Shown: piece after piece, positions 11,183-21,099 of the stretch
How positions within the stretch are numbered: the stretch's first letter is position 1
How the letters are laid out: every line of letters begins with the position of its first letter
From: Dehalococcoidia bacterium
GTDB lineage: Bacteria; Chloroflexota; Dehalococcoidia; UBA2979
Assembly (NCBI GenBank): GCA_963667465.2
Contig: CAXXDN010000002.1
Coordinates: 1,376,001 to 1,440,000, forward strand
Length of the DNA stretch: 64,000 bases
Direction: 5' to 3'
Notes under the pieces: generated by a model
The model's input: the letters and a program-made list of their open reading frames with translations, nothing else
Database searches by the model: none
What the model was told of the DNA's origin: nothing
Made by a program: the position numbers and the translations under genes

Positions 11183-11848
11183 CTATCCGTCTTCGGAGAC
11201 CTGTTCCAGCAGCGAGGCGTGCCCCACGACGAAGGCGGCTGTTGCCTCGCCGAGGGGTGTCGCGCCGCGCAGCAGGTCGCCTGCCTCGTCCACGTCGTCG
11301 CGCAGCGAGGGCAGCTCGAGCCAGGCGACGGCCAGCCCGGCCGCCTCGCCGAGCGCGCGGTGGCGCGCAGCCGACCCGACACCGAAGGCGGGCGCGATCG
11401 CGTCCGGCGGGCGCAGCCCGAGCAGCCCCGTCCCGCCGTCGCGCGACGGCGCAACGACGACCGCGTGCTCCTCGAGCGCCTCGATGGCGCTGCGCAGGTC
11501 CGGGGGCTGCGCGCGTGACTGGTCGGCGGGCAGCAGCAGCGCCGCGCCCGCCTCGCGGGCGCCGGCAGCGGCGAGGGCCTGGGCGACGGCGGCGTTGTAG
11601 CCGCCGCCCGCGTCTGCGATGAGCTCGGCGCCCGCGCGTCTGGCGGCGGGCGCGTACTCCTCGTCTGGCGTGACCAGCAGCAGCGGCCCATCGTGCGCCG
11701 CGCGGGCGGCGCTCAGCACGTCCTCCAGCATCGCCAGCACCAGCTCGGCGCGCTGGCGCGGTCCGAATACCGCCGCGAGCCGCGACTTCGCCTCGCCGAG
11801 GCTCTTGACCGGCACGATCACGCACAGGGCGCCGGGTTCGGCGCTCAC
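11183..11848 (-). CDS. cofC: 2-phospho-L-lactate/PEP guanylyltransferase (F420 biosynthesis)
   Basis: VPVKSLGEAKSRL, DGGTG, DVDEAGDL; overlaps cofD. Confidence 0.92.
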   Translation of the reverse strand: MSAEPGALCVIVPVKSLGEAKSRLAAVFGPRQRAELVLAMLEDVLSAARAAHDGPLLLVTPDEEYAPAARRAGAELIADAGGGYNAAVAQALAAAGAREAGAALLLPADQSRAQPPDLRSAIEALEEHAVVVAPSRDGGTGLLGLRPPDAIAPAFGVGSAARHRALGEAAGLAVAWLELPSLRDDVDEAGDLLRGATPLGEATAAFVVGHASLLEQVSEDG

Positions 11849-12771
11849 AGCGTCACCGCCTCGAGGGCGCGACGTGCCAGCGCCTCGCGCCGCCCGGTGC
11901 TTGTCATCATCGTGTCGCAGACGACGGCGCGCAGGCCCAGCGCCTCGACGGCGTCGCCAAGGGCGGCGTCGATCGCATCGAGGAGGAAGGCGTCCACCAG
12001 GCCGGAATAAAGCCGCGCCACGCCCAGTGCCGAGGTCTCGTGGCCGAGGCTGCGCATGATCGCCGCCGCCGGACCCTTCACCGCCTCACCACCGACGATC
12101 GGGCTGACCGCGACGCGAACGGCCCGCGAGCCCTCGAGGGCATCGCGCACGCCGGGCACGGCGAGCAGCGGGTCGATCGAGACGAACGGGTTGCTCGGCG
12201 CGACGATCACGGCGTCCGCTTCCTCGATCGCCTCGATCACGCCGGGCGCGGGCCGCGCCTCCGCAGCGCCGGGGAAGCGGAGCCCGGTGACGGTCGCCGT
12301 AGCGCGGCCGCGCACGAAGTAGTCCTGGAAGCTCAGCTCGCCCTCGGGCGTCACTACGACGGTCGGGTGCGGGTCGTCGGTCACGGGCAGCAGCCGGAAG
12401 CGCAGGCCGCGCCGCCGCGTCAGCTCCGCCGTGACGGCGCTCAGCGGCTCGCCGCCGCGCAGCCGCTCGCTGCGCCAGAGGTGCGTCGCCACGTCGCGGT
12501 CGCCGATGCGGAACCACGGCTCCTCGCCCAGCGCCGCGAGCTCGTCGAGCATCGTGAAGCTGTCGCCGCGGCGGCCCCAGCCCTGCTCGCCCTCGAGGCC
12601 GGCGAGCGTGTAGCTGACCGTGTCGATGTCAGGCGATACGTGCAGGCCGCGCCACTCGAAGTCGTCGCCGACGTTGCAGACGATGGTTACCTCGGCCGGG
12701 TCGACGACGCGGCAGAGCCCGTCGAGGAAGCGCGCGGCTCCGACGCCGCCGGCCAGCACGGTGATGCGCAT
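11845..12771 (-). CDS. cofD: 2-phospho-L-lactate transferase (F420 biosynthesis)
   Basis: LAGGVGAARF, SPDIDT, WFRIGDRD, PSNPFVSI, VKGPA. Confidence 0.96.
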   Translation of the reverse strand: MRITVLAGGVGAARFLDGLCRVVDPAEVTIVCNVGDDFEWRGLHVSPDIDTVSYTLAGLEGEQGWGRRGDSFTMLDELAALGEEPWFRIGDRDVATHLWRSERLRGGEPLSAVTAELTRRRGLRFRLLPVTDDPHPTVVVTPEGELSFQDYFVRGRATATVTGLRFPGAAEARPAPGVIEAIEEADAVIVAPSNPFVSIDPLLAVPGVRDALEGSRAVRVAVSPIVGGEAVKGPAAAIMRSLGHETSALGVARLYSGLVDAFLLDAIDAALGDAVEALGLRAVVCDTMMTSTGRREALARRALEAVTL

Positions 12772-12807
12772 GCGACCGCCCCGCCAAGCCCGCGTCCGCC
12801 GCGCCGC

Positions 12808-13785
12808 CTAGATGCCGGACTGGTAGCCGGCGTTCTCCTCGATCACCCGCACCGGCGACCCGCGGAGGAAGGCGGCGATGTCCTCGACGGCCTCCTCGTA
12901 GTAGACCCGGTAGCCGTCCTCGATCACGTAGCCGACGTGCGGCGTGAGCACCGTGTTCGGGAGGCTCCGCAGCGGGTGGTCGAGCGGCAGCGGCTCGCGG
13001 TCGAAGGTGTCGAGGCCGGCGCCTGCGATTGTGCCCGCCGCGAGCGCCTCGACGAGTGCGTCCTCGTCGATGATCGGCCCGCGCGAGGTGTTGATGATGT
13101 AGGCGCCCTCCTTCATCGCCGCCAGCTCGGCCTCGCCGATCAGCCCTCGCGTGCGCTCGCTGAGCTTGAGGTGGATCGTGACGACGTCCGAGCGCTCCAG
13201 CAGCTCCTCGAACTCCACGAGCTCCGCCCCTGCCTCCTTCGCGCGCTCCTCCGTCAGGTTCTGACTCCAGGCGAGCAGCGTCATCCCGAAGGCCGCGCCG
13301 ATCCGCGCCACCTGCTTGCCGAGATTGCCGAGGCCGAGGATGCCGAGCGTCCCGCCTCGCAGGCCCTGCCCGAGCGCGACCTGCCAGCCGCCCTCGCGGA
13401 TGGCGCGGTCCTCGCGCGTGATCTGCCGGGCGAGCGCGAGGATCAGCGCCCACGTCAGTTCCGACGTTCCGAAGCCGAGCGAGCCGGTCCCGGAGACGAT
13501 CGCGCCGAGCTCGCGCGCCGCCTCGACATCGATCGCCGCGTTCTGGTTGCCGGTTGTGATCAGCAGCTCAAGCCTGGGCAGCTTCTCCAGCAGGTCGCGC
13601 TGGAACGGCGTGCGTTCGCGCATCGCGACGACGATCTCGAACTCGCGCAGCCGCTCCGCGACCGCGTCGATGTCGTCCAGGTGGTCGGAGAACACCTGCA
13701 CATCCGTCCCCGCCGGGAGGCTGGACCAGTCCGCCATCTCCAGCGCGACGCTCTGGTAGTCGTCCAGGACCGCTACGCGAACCAT
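12808..13785 (-). CDS. D-2-hydroxyacid dehydrogenase
   Basis: VAVLDDYQ, GLGNLG, INTSRG, TPHVGY. Confidence 0.95.
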   Translation of the reverse strand: MVRVAVLDDYQSVALEMADWSSLPAGTDVQVFSDHLDDIDAVAERLREFEIVVAMRERTPFQRDLLEKLPRLELLITTGNQNAAIDVEAARELGAIVSGTGSLGFGTSELTWALILALARQITREDRAIREGGWQVALGQGLRGGTLGILGLGNLGKQVARIGAAFGMTLLAWSQNLTEERAKEAGAELVEFEELLERSDVVTIHLKLSERTRGLIGEAELAAMKEGAYIINTSRGPIIDEDALVEALAAGTIAGAGLDTFDREPLPLDHPLRSLPNTVLTPHVGYVIEDGYRVYYEEAVEDIAAFLRGSPVRVIEENAGYQSGI

Positions 13786-13838
13786 CGGAACCTCCTCGCG
13801 ACCCGCGCCTCCCGGCGCGCATCTGGCTCTGACTGCTG

Positions 13839-14732
13839 CTAGGCCTGACCGGGTGCGTCCGTCTCGTGACGCTGGTGATACTCCATGCCCGCCCTCGCCG
13901 GCGCCTTGCCGTCCACGATCGCCTCGGCACGGGCGCGCGCGATCGCATGGCCGATGTCCGGGCGGCTGATGATATAGAAGCGATCCTCCTGGATCGCCTC
14001 CACGACGTGCCCGGCGATCTCGTCTGCTGTCGGGTAGTCCGTGCGGCTCTGCGAGACGGCGAGGCGCACGTGGTAGCGCTCCATGTCGAGCTCCGCCTGA
14101 TCCTCCTGGCCGGCGTTCGTGAACTCCTCGGGCCGGCGCGTGCGGGTGACCGCTCCGCGGATGTGCGGGATCAGCACGGAGACGCTGACCGCTGCCTCTT
14201 CCTGCTTCAGTTCGTGCCAGAGCACCTCGCTCAGCGCCAGCACGGCGCTCTTCGTGACCACGTAGCTGCCGGTGCCCGGCCGCCCCGCGAGGCCCGCCGT
14301 CGAGGCGGTGTTGACGATGTGCCCCTCCTCGCCGCCTTCCAGCATGATCGGGACGAAGACGCGCAGCGCGTGGATCATGCCCCAGAGGTTGGTCCCGAGT
14401 GCCCATTGCCAGTCGCGCTCGCTCGTCGTCCAGACCGACACGTCGCGGGTGTTGATGCCGACGTTGTTGCAGAGCACGTGGACGCCGCCGAGCTCCTCCG
14501 TCACGCGTACGGCCAGCGCCTCGACGCTCTCGCCGCTCGAGATGTCGGTCTCGACGGCGATCACTCGCGCGCCGCGCTCCAGCAGTTCCTCCTGCGTCGC
14601 CGCGAGGGCGTCCCTGTCGAAGTCGGCGACGGCGACCGCCATGCCCTCGCGGGCGAAGCGGCGCGCCATGGCGGCGCCGAGCACGCCGCCGCCGCCCATC
14701 ACCACCGCCACCTTGCCGGCGAACTCCTGCAT
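13839..14732 (-). CDS. short-chain dehydrogenase/reductase
   Basis: GGGGVLG, NNVG, GHIVNTAS, YVVTK. Confidence 0.92.
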   Translation of the reverse strand: MQEFAGKVAVVMGGGGVLGAAMARRFAREGMAVAVADFDRDALAATQEELLERGARVIAVETDISSGESVEALAVRVTEELGGVHVLCNNVGINTRDVSVWTTSERDWQWALGTNLWGMIHALRVFVPIMLEGGEEGHIVNTASTAGLAGRPGTGSYVVTKSAVLALSEVLWHELKQEEAAVSVSVLIPHIRGAVTRTRRPEEFTNAGQEDQAELDMERYHVRLAVSQSRTDYPTADEIAGHVVEAIQEDRFYIISRPDIGHAIARARAEAIVDGKAPARAGMEYHQRHETDAPGQA

Positions 14733-14895
14733 CGCGCACCCCCTCGGCCCGCCTCGCGACCCTCGTGCGGGGCCATCCGTACCACGCGCCGCCCGCGCGC
14801 GTCACGCGCGGCCATCACGCTGCGCACGTGCGCAGGATAGAATCCCTGAGCCGTCGCGGCGCCCGCCGCGCGCACTGAGGCCGGAGGGAGCCCCC

Positions 14896-15978
14896 ATGCG
14901 AGCAGTGATCTTCCATGACGTCGGCAAGCCGATCACCATCGAAAACGTCGAGATCGACGAGCCAATCGCAGGCGAGGTGCTCGTCAAGACCGCCGCCAGT
15001 GGCATCTGCGGCAGCGACCTCCACTACTTCGACGGCACCTCCGCCATGCCCTACCCCGCCGTCTTCGGCCACGAGGGCGCCGGCGTCGTCGAGGCCGTCG
15101 GTCCCGGCGTCACGGAGTTCCAGCCGGGCGACCACGTGATCGCCTGCCTCTCCGTCTACTGCGGGGAGTGCGTCGACTGCCTGACCGGCCGCAGCAACCT
15201 CTGCGAGCTGAAGCCGGAGCGCGGCGCCGACGACCCCCCGCGGCTCTCGCGCGACGGCGTGGGCGTGCACCAGCACGCGCGCGTCGGGAGCCACGCGGAG
15301 TACATGCTGCTGCACAAGAACGGGCTGGTGAAGATCCGCGAGGACATGCCCCTCGACCGCGCCTCGCTGATCGGCTGCGGCGTCACCACCGGCTTCGGCG
15401 CCGCGCTGCGGACCGCGCGGGTCGAGCCCGGGAGCACGGTCGCCGTCTTCGGCACGGGCGGCGTCGGCCTCAGCGCGCTCAACGGCGCCGTCGTCGCCGG
15501 CGCGCGCACCGTTATCGCCGTCGACATTCGCGACGACAAGCTCGCCAATGCCAGCAACATCGGAGCCACGCACGTCGTCAACGGCGCCGAGACCGACCCC
15601 GTCGAGGCGATCCGCGACATCACCGGCGGTGGTGCGGACTACACCTTCGAGGCGATCGGCAAGCCCGAGGTCGGACGCCAGGCCTTCGACGCACTCCGCG
15701 CCGGCGGCACCTGCACCGTCATCGGCGTGATGCCGATCGGCTCGGAGATCAGCATCGCGGGCCGCGACCTGCTGCGCGAGAAGAAGCTGCAGGGCTCCTC
15801 GATGGGGTCGAACCGGCTGAAGGTGGACATCCCGCGTTATGTCGACATGTACCTCAGCGGCAAGCTCAAGCTCGACGCCATGATCACCAACCGCGGCACG
15901 ATCGACGACGCGCCGGCCATGTTCGACGCCGCCATCGCCGCCGATGAGGCCCGCCAGATCTTCCTCTTCGACAGCTAG
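14896..15978 (+). CDS. Zn-dependent alcohol dehydrogenase (class III-like)
   Basis: CGSDLH, GHEG, CGECVDC...C, GCGVTTG, GTGGVG; GGAGGGAG RBS. Confidence 0.95.
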   Translation: MRAVIFHDVGKPITIENVEIDEPIAGEVLVKTAASGICGSDLHYFDGTSAMPYPAVFGHEGAGVVEAVGPGVTEFQPGDHVIACLSVYCGECVDCLTGRSNLCELKPERGADDPPRLSRDGVGVHQHARVGSHAEYMLLHKNGLVKIREDMPLDRASLIGCGVTTGFGAALRTARVEPGSTVAVFGTGGVGLSALNGAVVAGARTVIAVDIRDDKLANASNIGATHVVNGAETDPVEAIRDITGGGADYTFEAIGKPEVGRQAFDALRAGGTCTVIGVMPIGSEISIAGRDLLREKKLQGSSMGSNRLKVDIPRYVDMYLSGKLKLDAMITNRGTIDDAPAMFDAAIAADEARQIFLFDS

Positions 15979-15989
15979 CGAGGGGTGCG

Positions 15990-16373
15990 ATGAGCGACCA
16001 GGACGCGTTCGCCAGCCTCGAGGACGAGGACCACGTGAGCCTCGCCACGTTCAGGCGCAGCGGCGAGGCCGTCCCGACCGCGCTCTGGTTCGGCCTGCAC
16101 GAGGGCGCGCTCTACGCGCGCTCGCAGGCTGCCGCCGGCAAGCTGAAGCGGATCCGCAACGGCAGCGCCGTACGGGTCGCGATCTGTGACGCGGCGGGTG
16201 TCGTGAGCGGCCCGTGGATCGACGGCGCGGCGCGAATCCTCGAGGACTCGGACCCGCGCGTCGCCATCGCCGACGCGCTGCTCGACGAGAAGTACGGGGA
16301 GCGCCGGCGCGCGCTCGCGCGCTCACGGGCGCCGGATGTGCGCCTGGCCTGGATCGAAGTACGGCCGGCCTGA
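15990..16373 (+). CDS. PPOX-class F420-dependent oxidoreductase
   Basis: SLATFRRSGEAVPTALWF, GKLKRIRN, KYG. Confidence 0.88.
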   Translation: MSDQDAFASLEDEDHVSLATFRRSGEAVPTALWFGLHEGALYARSQAAAGKLKRIRNGSAVRVAICDAAGVVSGPWIDGAARILEDSDPRVAIADALLDEKYGERRRALARSRAPDVRLAWIEVRPA

Positions 16374-16402
16374 CCGGCCGCTGGCGAGGAAGGAGGAGCC
16401 CC

Positions 16403-17347
16403 ATGCCCACCGTCGAAACCGCACTCGGCCCCGTCGACACGGCGAAGCTCGGCTTCACGCTCTCGCACGAGCACATCATCAGCGGCGACCTCGCCGTGCG
16501 GCACAACTGGCCGCACGTGATCGACGTCGAGAAGGAGATCGTGGACGCGCAGGCGCGGCTCGACGAGGTCCACGACCTCGGCGTGCGCACGGTGGTCGAC
16601 CTCACGACGGTCGATCTGGGGCGGGACGCCTCGATCATCCGCCGCGTCGCCGAGGGCACGAAGATGCAGATCATCGTCGCCACCGGCGTGCACCGGCGCA
16701 TTCCCCGCTACTTCGAGCGGCGCACGCCCGAGCCGGTCGTCGAGTTGTTCGTGATGGACATCGAGCAGGGCATCGCCGACAGCGGCGTGAAGGCCGCCTG
16801 CATCAAGCTCGCAACCGAGGAGGAAGTGGACCCGCTCAACGAGCTGATGCTGCGCGCGGGCGCGCTCACCCATCGCGCGACCGGCGTGCCGATCATGACG
16901 CACTCCAACCCGTTCCACGGCACCGGCCGGGACCAGCAGGACGTCTTCGAAGCCGAGGGCGTCGACCTGACGCGCGTGGTGATCGGGCACTCCGGCGACA
17001 CGGACGACCTCGATTACCTGATGAGCGTCATGGACCGCGGCAGCACGATCGGGATGGACCGCTACGGCACGAAGATCGGCGCGGACACGGAGAAGCGCAC
17101 GGACGTGATCGCCGAGCTGTGCAGCCACGGTTATGCGGACCGCATGGTGGTCTCGCATGACGCCGGGTCGTTCTCGCTCAACGTCCCCCGCCACATCCGC
17201 GACACGCAGTTCCCGGAGTGGAACTACCTCACGATCCCCACGAAGGTCATCCCCGGCCTGCGCGATCGCGACGTGCCCGAGGAGCAGATCGAAGAGATCA
17301 CGACCCACAACCTGCGCCGCATCTTCGAGCAACAAGGCGGGTACTAA
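16403..17347 (+). CDS. phosphotriesterase-like amidohydrolase (PTE/PHP family)
   Basis: TLSHEH, DLGRD, IKLA, MTHS, IGHS, VSHD metal ligands. Confidence 0.93.
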   Translation: MPTVETALGPVDTAKLGFTLSHEHIISGDLAVRHNWPHVIDVEKEIVDAQARLDEVHDLGVRTVVDLTTVDLGRDASIIRRVAEGTKMQIIVATGVHRRIPRYFERRTPEPVVELFVMDIEQGIADSGVKAACIKLATEEEVDPLNELMLRAGALTHRATGVPIMTHSNPFHGTGRDQQDVFEAEGVDLTRVVIGHSGDTDDLDYLMSVMDRGSTIGMDRYGTKIGADTEKRTDVIAELCSHGYADRMVVSHDAGSFSLNVPRHIRDTQFPEWNYLTIPTKVIPGLRDRDVPEEQIEEITTHNLRRIFEQQGGY

Positions 17348-17351
17348 CGTG

Positions 17352-17759
17352 ATGACGCCGGAAGCGGCCGACGCCTTCCTGCGCGAAGGGCGCATCGCCG
17401 ACCTCGCCACGGTGCGGCCGGACGGCTCGCCCCACGTTGCGCCGGTCTGGTTCCACTGGGATGGCGAGGTGGTCAAGGTCTTCGCGCGGCCGACGGCGGT
17501 GAAACTGCGCAACATCGCGAACGACCCGCGCGTCTCCATCTCCGTCGCCACGCCTGGCCGGCCCTACCGCTACGTCATCGTCACCGGCACGGCCGAGGTC
17601 TCCGCGGGCGTGGACATCCGCGAGCTCGTGCACACCATGGCGCGGAACTACATGGGAGACGTCGAGGGGCCGCCGTACGCCGAGGAGATCCTCTCGCGGA
17701 TGACGCCGTTCAGCCTGATTACCGTGACGCCCTCGAAGATCAGCGGCTGGTCCGAGTAG
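17352..17759 (+). CDS. PPOX-class F420-dependent oxidoreductase
   Basis: LATVRPDGSPHVAPVWF, KLRNIANDPRVS. Confidence 0.9.
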   Translation: MTPEAADAFLREGRIADLATVRPDGSPHVAPVWFHWDGEVVKVFARPTAVKLRNIANDPRVSISVATPGRPYRYVIVTGTAEVSAGVDIRELVHTMARNYMGDVEGPPYAEEILSRMTPFSLITVTPSKISGWSE

Positions 17760-17793
17760 CGCACCATCTCACGCGCCCGGTCCCCGGCGTCGC

Positions 17794-19503
17794 TCAGCGG
17801 CGCCACTCCGCGATATTCCACAGCTCGCTGTCCCAGGCGTTCATGCGCACGCCCTGGAGCGTATTGAGGTGCGCGGACACCAGGGCCCGATTCACGAGCG
17901 GGATCTCGTAGTAGTGCTGCACGACGATGTCGTTGAGGCGCTTGACCAGCTCCTCGCGCTCGGGCCCGAGGGTGGTCGCCGCCAGCTGCTCATACAGCGC
18001 GTCGTACTCCGGATTGCAGGCGCGAGCGACGTTGTCGTCGCCCCAGTTGTTGTCGCGCCTCTGGATGTGGTCACAACGCAGGCCGGACAGGTACTCCTGA
18101 GGATCGATGCCGGGTCCGGTCGTGTACATCTGCACGTCAGCGAAGAACCTGCGGTACGACTCGTCGGGACTCTCCACCGGATCGCCGCCGAATAACAGGC
18201 TGGCATCGTGGTCCACCAGCTCGGCCTCGATGCCAATCTGACGCCACCAGTCGCGCACGAGGGCCTGCGTTTCCTGGCGCACCGTGTTCGTCGAGGTCTG
18301 GTAGACGATGCGCAGTGGCACGCCCTGGTACTCGCGGATCCCATCAGCGTCGCTGTCGACGACCCCGCTCTCGTCCAGCAGCCGCATCGCGCCCTCGATG
18401 TCCTGGACAAGGCATCCGCCGTTCGCGGATGAGACGTAGCGCGGAGGCCCCGTGATCAGGTTGCACGTCGGCCCGCCCGCGAACCCGTAGAGCCGGTCGG
18501 CAAGCAGCGTGCGGTCGATCGCCATCGACATCGCCCGCGGGATCGGCGTGAACGTCAGGAAGGGGTGCGGGTTCCGCCCAGCGAGGTACTCGGAGCGGTC
18601 GTCGCCGAGCGCGGGGTCGGGGTTCGTCTGGTTGACGACGATCCGCTCGACGTCGCTGGCAAAGGCCGTGACGACCACGCCCGTGCCGGCGCCCTCGAAC
18701 TGCGTAACCTCGTCCGGCCGCAGTTGCAGGTTCCAGGCGTAGTCGGCCTCGCCCGTCTCCAGTACGGCCCGCGCCGCCGTGATCGCGTCGCCGCCACCCT
18801 TGAGGACCACGCGATCGAAGTACGGATCCTCGCCACGGTAGTGCGGGTTGCGCTCGTAAACCGCCTGCTTGTTCGGCATGAACTCGACGATGCGGTAGGG
18901 GCCGGTGCCCAGCGGAAGCGTGTTCTGCTCCTCGCAGGATGTAGCCGCCGCGCCGACGCAGCCGGCGAACTGCGCGCTGCTGAGGATCGGTGAGCCAGCG
19001 CTCACGAAGGCGTTGTACGGGTACTGCGTGGGCGCATCGAAGGTGATGCGCACGGTGAGCGCATCGACAGCCTCGACGGTGGCGATCTCGGCGAAGGCGC
19101 TATGCGCGATGCAGCCCGTGGCCTCGTCGGTGCAGTAGCGCCAGGTGAAGACGACGTCCTCGGCGGTCATGTCGCTGCCGTCGGACCACTTGAGGCCCTC
19201 GCGCAGCGTCCAGGTCATCGACATCAGATCGGCGGACAGCCCGCCGTTCGCGAGCGTCGGGATCTCGGCGGCGAGCCGCGGCACGAGGTTGCCGTCCGGA
19301 TCGTAGCTGGCCAGCGGTTCGAGCGTGATCGCCCCGCCGTCCCGATCCTTTGTGCCCGCCGCCAGGTATGGCCCGGGCAGCGTCGGCGCCTGCCAGTAGA
19401 GGATGGTCAGCACCCGCTCCTCCGAGGACTGGAACGGGTTGCAGGCCGCGAGCAGCAGCATGAGGGCCGTCAGGCCAAGAGCGAGCGTCCGGCGCGTGCG
19501 CAT
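17794..19503 (-). CDS. peptide ABC transporter substrate-binding lipoprotein (SBP family 5)
   Basis: Lipobox LLAAC, LREGLKWSDG...TAEDVVFTW, PLGTGPY; AGGAGG RBS before ATG 19503. Confidence 0.93.
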   Translation of the reverse strand: MRTRRTLALGLTALMLLLAACNPFQSSEERVLTILYWQAPTLPGPYLAAGTKDRDGGAITLEPLASYDPDGNLVPRLAAEIPTLANGGLSADLMSMTWTLREGLKWSDGSDMTAEDVVFTWRYCTDEATGCIAHSAFAEIATVEAVDALTVRITFDAPTQYPYNAFVSAGSPILSSAQFAGCVGAAATSCEEQNTLPLGTGPYRIVEFMPNKQAVYERNPHYRGEDPYFDRVVLKGGGDAITAARAVLETGEADYAWNLQLRPDEVTQFEGAGTGVVVTAFASDVERIVVNQTNPDPALGDDRSEYLAGRNPHPFLTFTPIPRAMSMAIDRTLLADRLYGFAGGPTCNLITGPPRYVSSANGGCLVQDIEGAMRLLDESGVVDSDADGIREYQGVPLRIVYQTSTNTVRQETQALVRDWWRQIGIEAELVDHDASLLFGGDPVESPDESYRRFFADVQMYTTGPGIDPQEYLSGLRCDHIQRRDNNWGDDNVARACNPEYDALYEQLAATTLGPEREELVKRLNDIVVQHYYEIPLVNRALVSAHLNTLQGVRMNAWDSELWNIAEWRR

Positions 19504-19605
19504 GAGCCTCCTCCTGAGACCCGATACACGTCTTGGCGTGGCGATGGTGGCCGAGCCCGCCCCACACCGCAAGTCCCGGCAGACGGCGGGCTGCCCGAAG
19601 CGTCG

Positions 19606-20760
19606 CTACGCCGCCCGCCAGGCCACCTCGCCGCCGAGTACGGTGCAGGCGGGAGCGAGGTTCAACTCGCCCTCGACGCTGTGCCCGGACATGTCGACCC
19701 AGGTAACGGGGCCTTCGACGAGATCGAAAACCGCGGCGTCACCGGCCATGCCGGGCGCGAGCGAGCCGATCTCGTCGCCCAGCCCGAGGACCGCAGCCGG
19801 AGCGGCGGTGCTCGCCTCGACGGCGTCCCCGAGTGACATGCCGAGCGCATGCAGCTGCGGGATCAGCTCGTGCATGCCGTAGGTAACGCGGCCCGGCGGG
19901 GGGACGTGGATGTCGGTGCTGATCGTCGAGGGCGGGAAGCCCTGCGCGATCGCCTGCCTCGTGACCTCGATGTCGAAGTGCACGCCGGCGTGGCCGACGT
20001 CCATCACCACGCCGCGCTCGCGCGCCGCCAGCACCTCCGGCCGCACCGCCCCGCGCCCGTCGAGCATGTGCTCGGTGTGCCCGTTGTAGGCGTGCGTCAC
20101 CACATCGCCCTCGCCGAGCAGCTCGAGAATCTCGGGCAGCGGGATCGGCGTGCCGCTGACGTGCACCATCAGCAGCGAGCCGGAGTCGTCGGCCGCCTGG
20201 CGCGCCAGTGCCAGCGCCTCGCGCGCGTCCCAGTGCGCGACGGCGTCGCGCTGCATCCGCACTTTCACACCGAACAGGAAGCCGGGGTTGGCGCGGATCT
20301 CGGCGGCGGTCGCGTCGGCGTCGATCAGCCGCAGGTCGCGCAGCTCGCCGCCGACCGTGCGCCCGTGCGCCAGCCCGACGGCGCCGATGTGCAGCAGCGC
20401 GAGCAGCCGCACGCGATGCGCCGGGAAGACGTAGTCGCGCATCGCCCCGTAGTTGGCGATGCCCGCGCTCCCGGCGTCGAGGCCCGTCGTCACCCCCGAG
20501 GGCAGGCAGGACGCGTCGGCGTGAACCGCGCTGGTGGTGCCGCCGTGATAGAAGTGCCCATGCAGGTCGATCAGTCCGGGCGTCACCAGCCGCCCGCTCA
20601 CGTCGACAACCTCGACGGCCGTCCCTGCATCGACGCGATCGGCGACGGCGCTGACCCGCCCGCCCCGGAACGCGACGTCACGCTGTGCGTGGACGCCCTG
20701 CGCCGGGTCGAGCAGCGTCCCGCCGCGCAGCAGCAGATCGTGCCTTGGGGCTTCAGGCAT
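19606..20760 (-). CDS. amidohydrolase/deacetylase (dihydroorotase-like)
   Basis: PGLIDLHGH, DAGSAG, VKVR, MVH, THAY, ISTD. Confidence 0.9.
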   Translation of the reverse strand: MPEAPRHDLLLRGGTLLDPAQGVHAQRDVAFRGGRVSAVADRVDAGTAVEVVDVSGRLVTPGLIDLHGHFYHGGTTSAVHADASCLPSGVTTGLDAGSAGIANYGAMRDYVFPAHRVRLLALLHIGAVGLAHGRTVGGELRDLRLIDADATAAEIRANPGFLFGVKVRMQRDAVAHWDAREALALARQAADDSGSLLMVHVSGTPIPLPEILELLGEGDVVTHAYNGHTEHMLDGRGAVRPEVLAARERGVVMDVGHAGVHFDIEVTRQAIAQGFPPSTISTDIHVPPPGRVTYGMHELIPQLHALGMSLGDAVEASTAAPAAVLGLGDEIGSLAPGMAGDAAVFDLVEGPVTWVDMSGHSVEGELNLAPACTVLGGEVAWRAA

Positions 20761-20797
20761 CGCCGTTAGTCCCTTCCGGCCTTACGCGCGCGGGTGC

Positions 20798-21040
20798 TCA
20801 CGCTCCGCCAGCCACGAGTAGATCGGCCGCTGCCACCCCCAGTGCATCGGCGAGTGCATGGATGTTGTCGAGCGAGATGTTGCGCTCTCCTCGCTCGACC
20901 GAGCCGACGTAGGTCCGATGTAGCCCGGCAAGGTCAGCGAGCGCCTCCTGCGAGAGCCCGCGAACACGCCGTAGCCCGCGCACGCGCTCCCCGAACGCAC
21001 GCCGTCGCTGCTGCACCCGCGCCGACCGTTTGCGCACCAC
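20798..21040 (-). CDS. XRE-family regulator, R-M controller (C) protein-like
   Basis: FGERVR...LSQEALADLAGLHRTYVGSVERGERNISLDNI..LA.AL. Confidence 0.88.
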   Translation of the reverse strand: MVRKRSARVQQRRRAFGERVRGLRRVRGLSQEALADLAGLHRTYVGSVERGERNISLDNIHALADALGVAAADLLVAGGA

Positions 21041-21064
21041 TTGCCCAAGGGCACGCTAGGCCGG

Positions 21065-21099
21065 TTGATGACAATATATCGACAGACTATAAGTAGCAT
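21065..21099 (-). promoter_or_regulatory. C-box operator pair upstream of the C-like gene
   Basis: Minus strand ATGC-TACTTATAGTC-TGTC-GATATATTGTC-ATCAA fits two GACT-N3-AGTC boxes around a GT-containing spacer. Confidence 0.75.
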
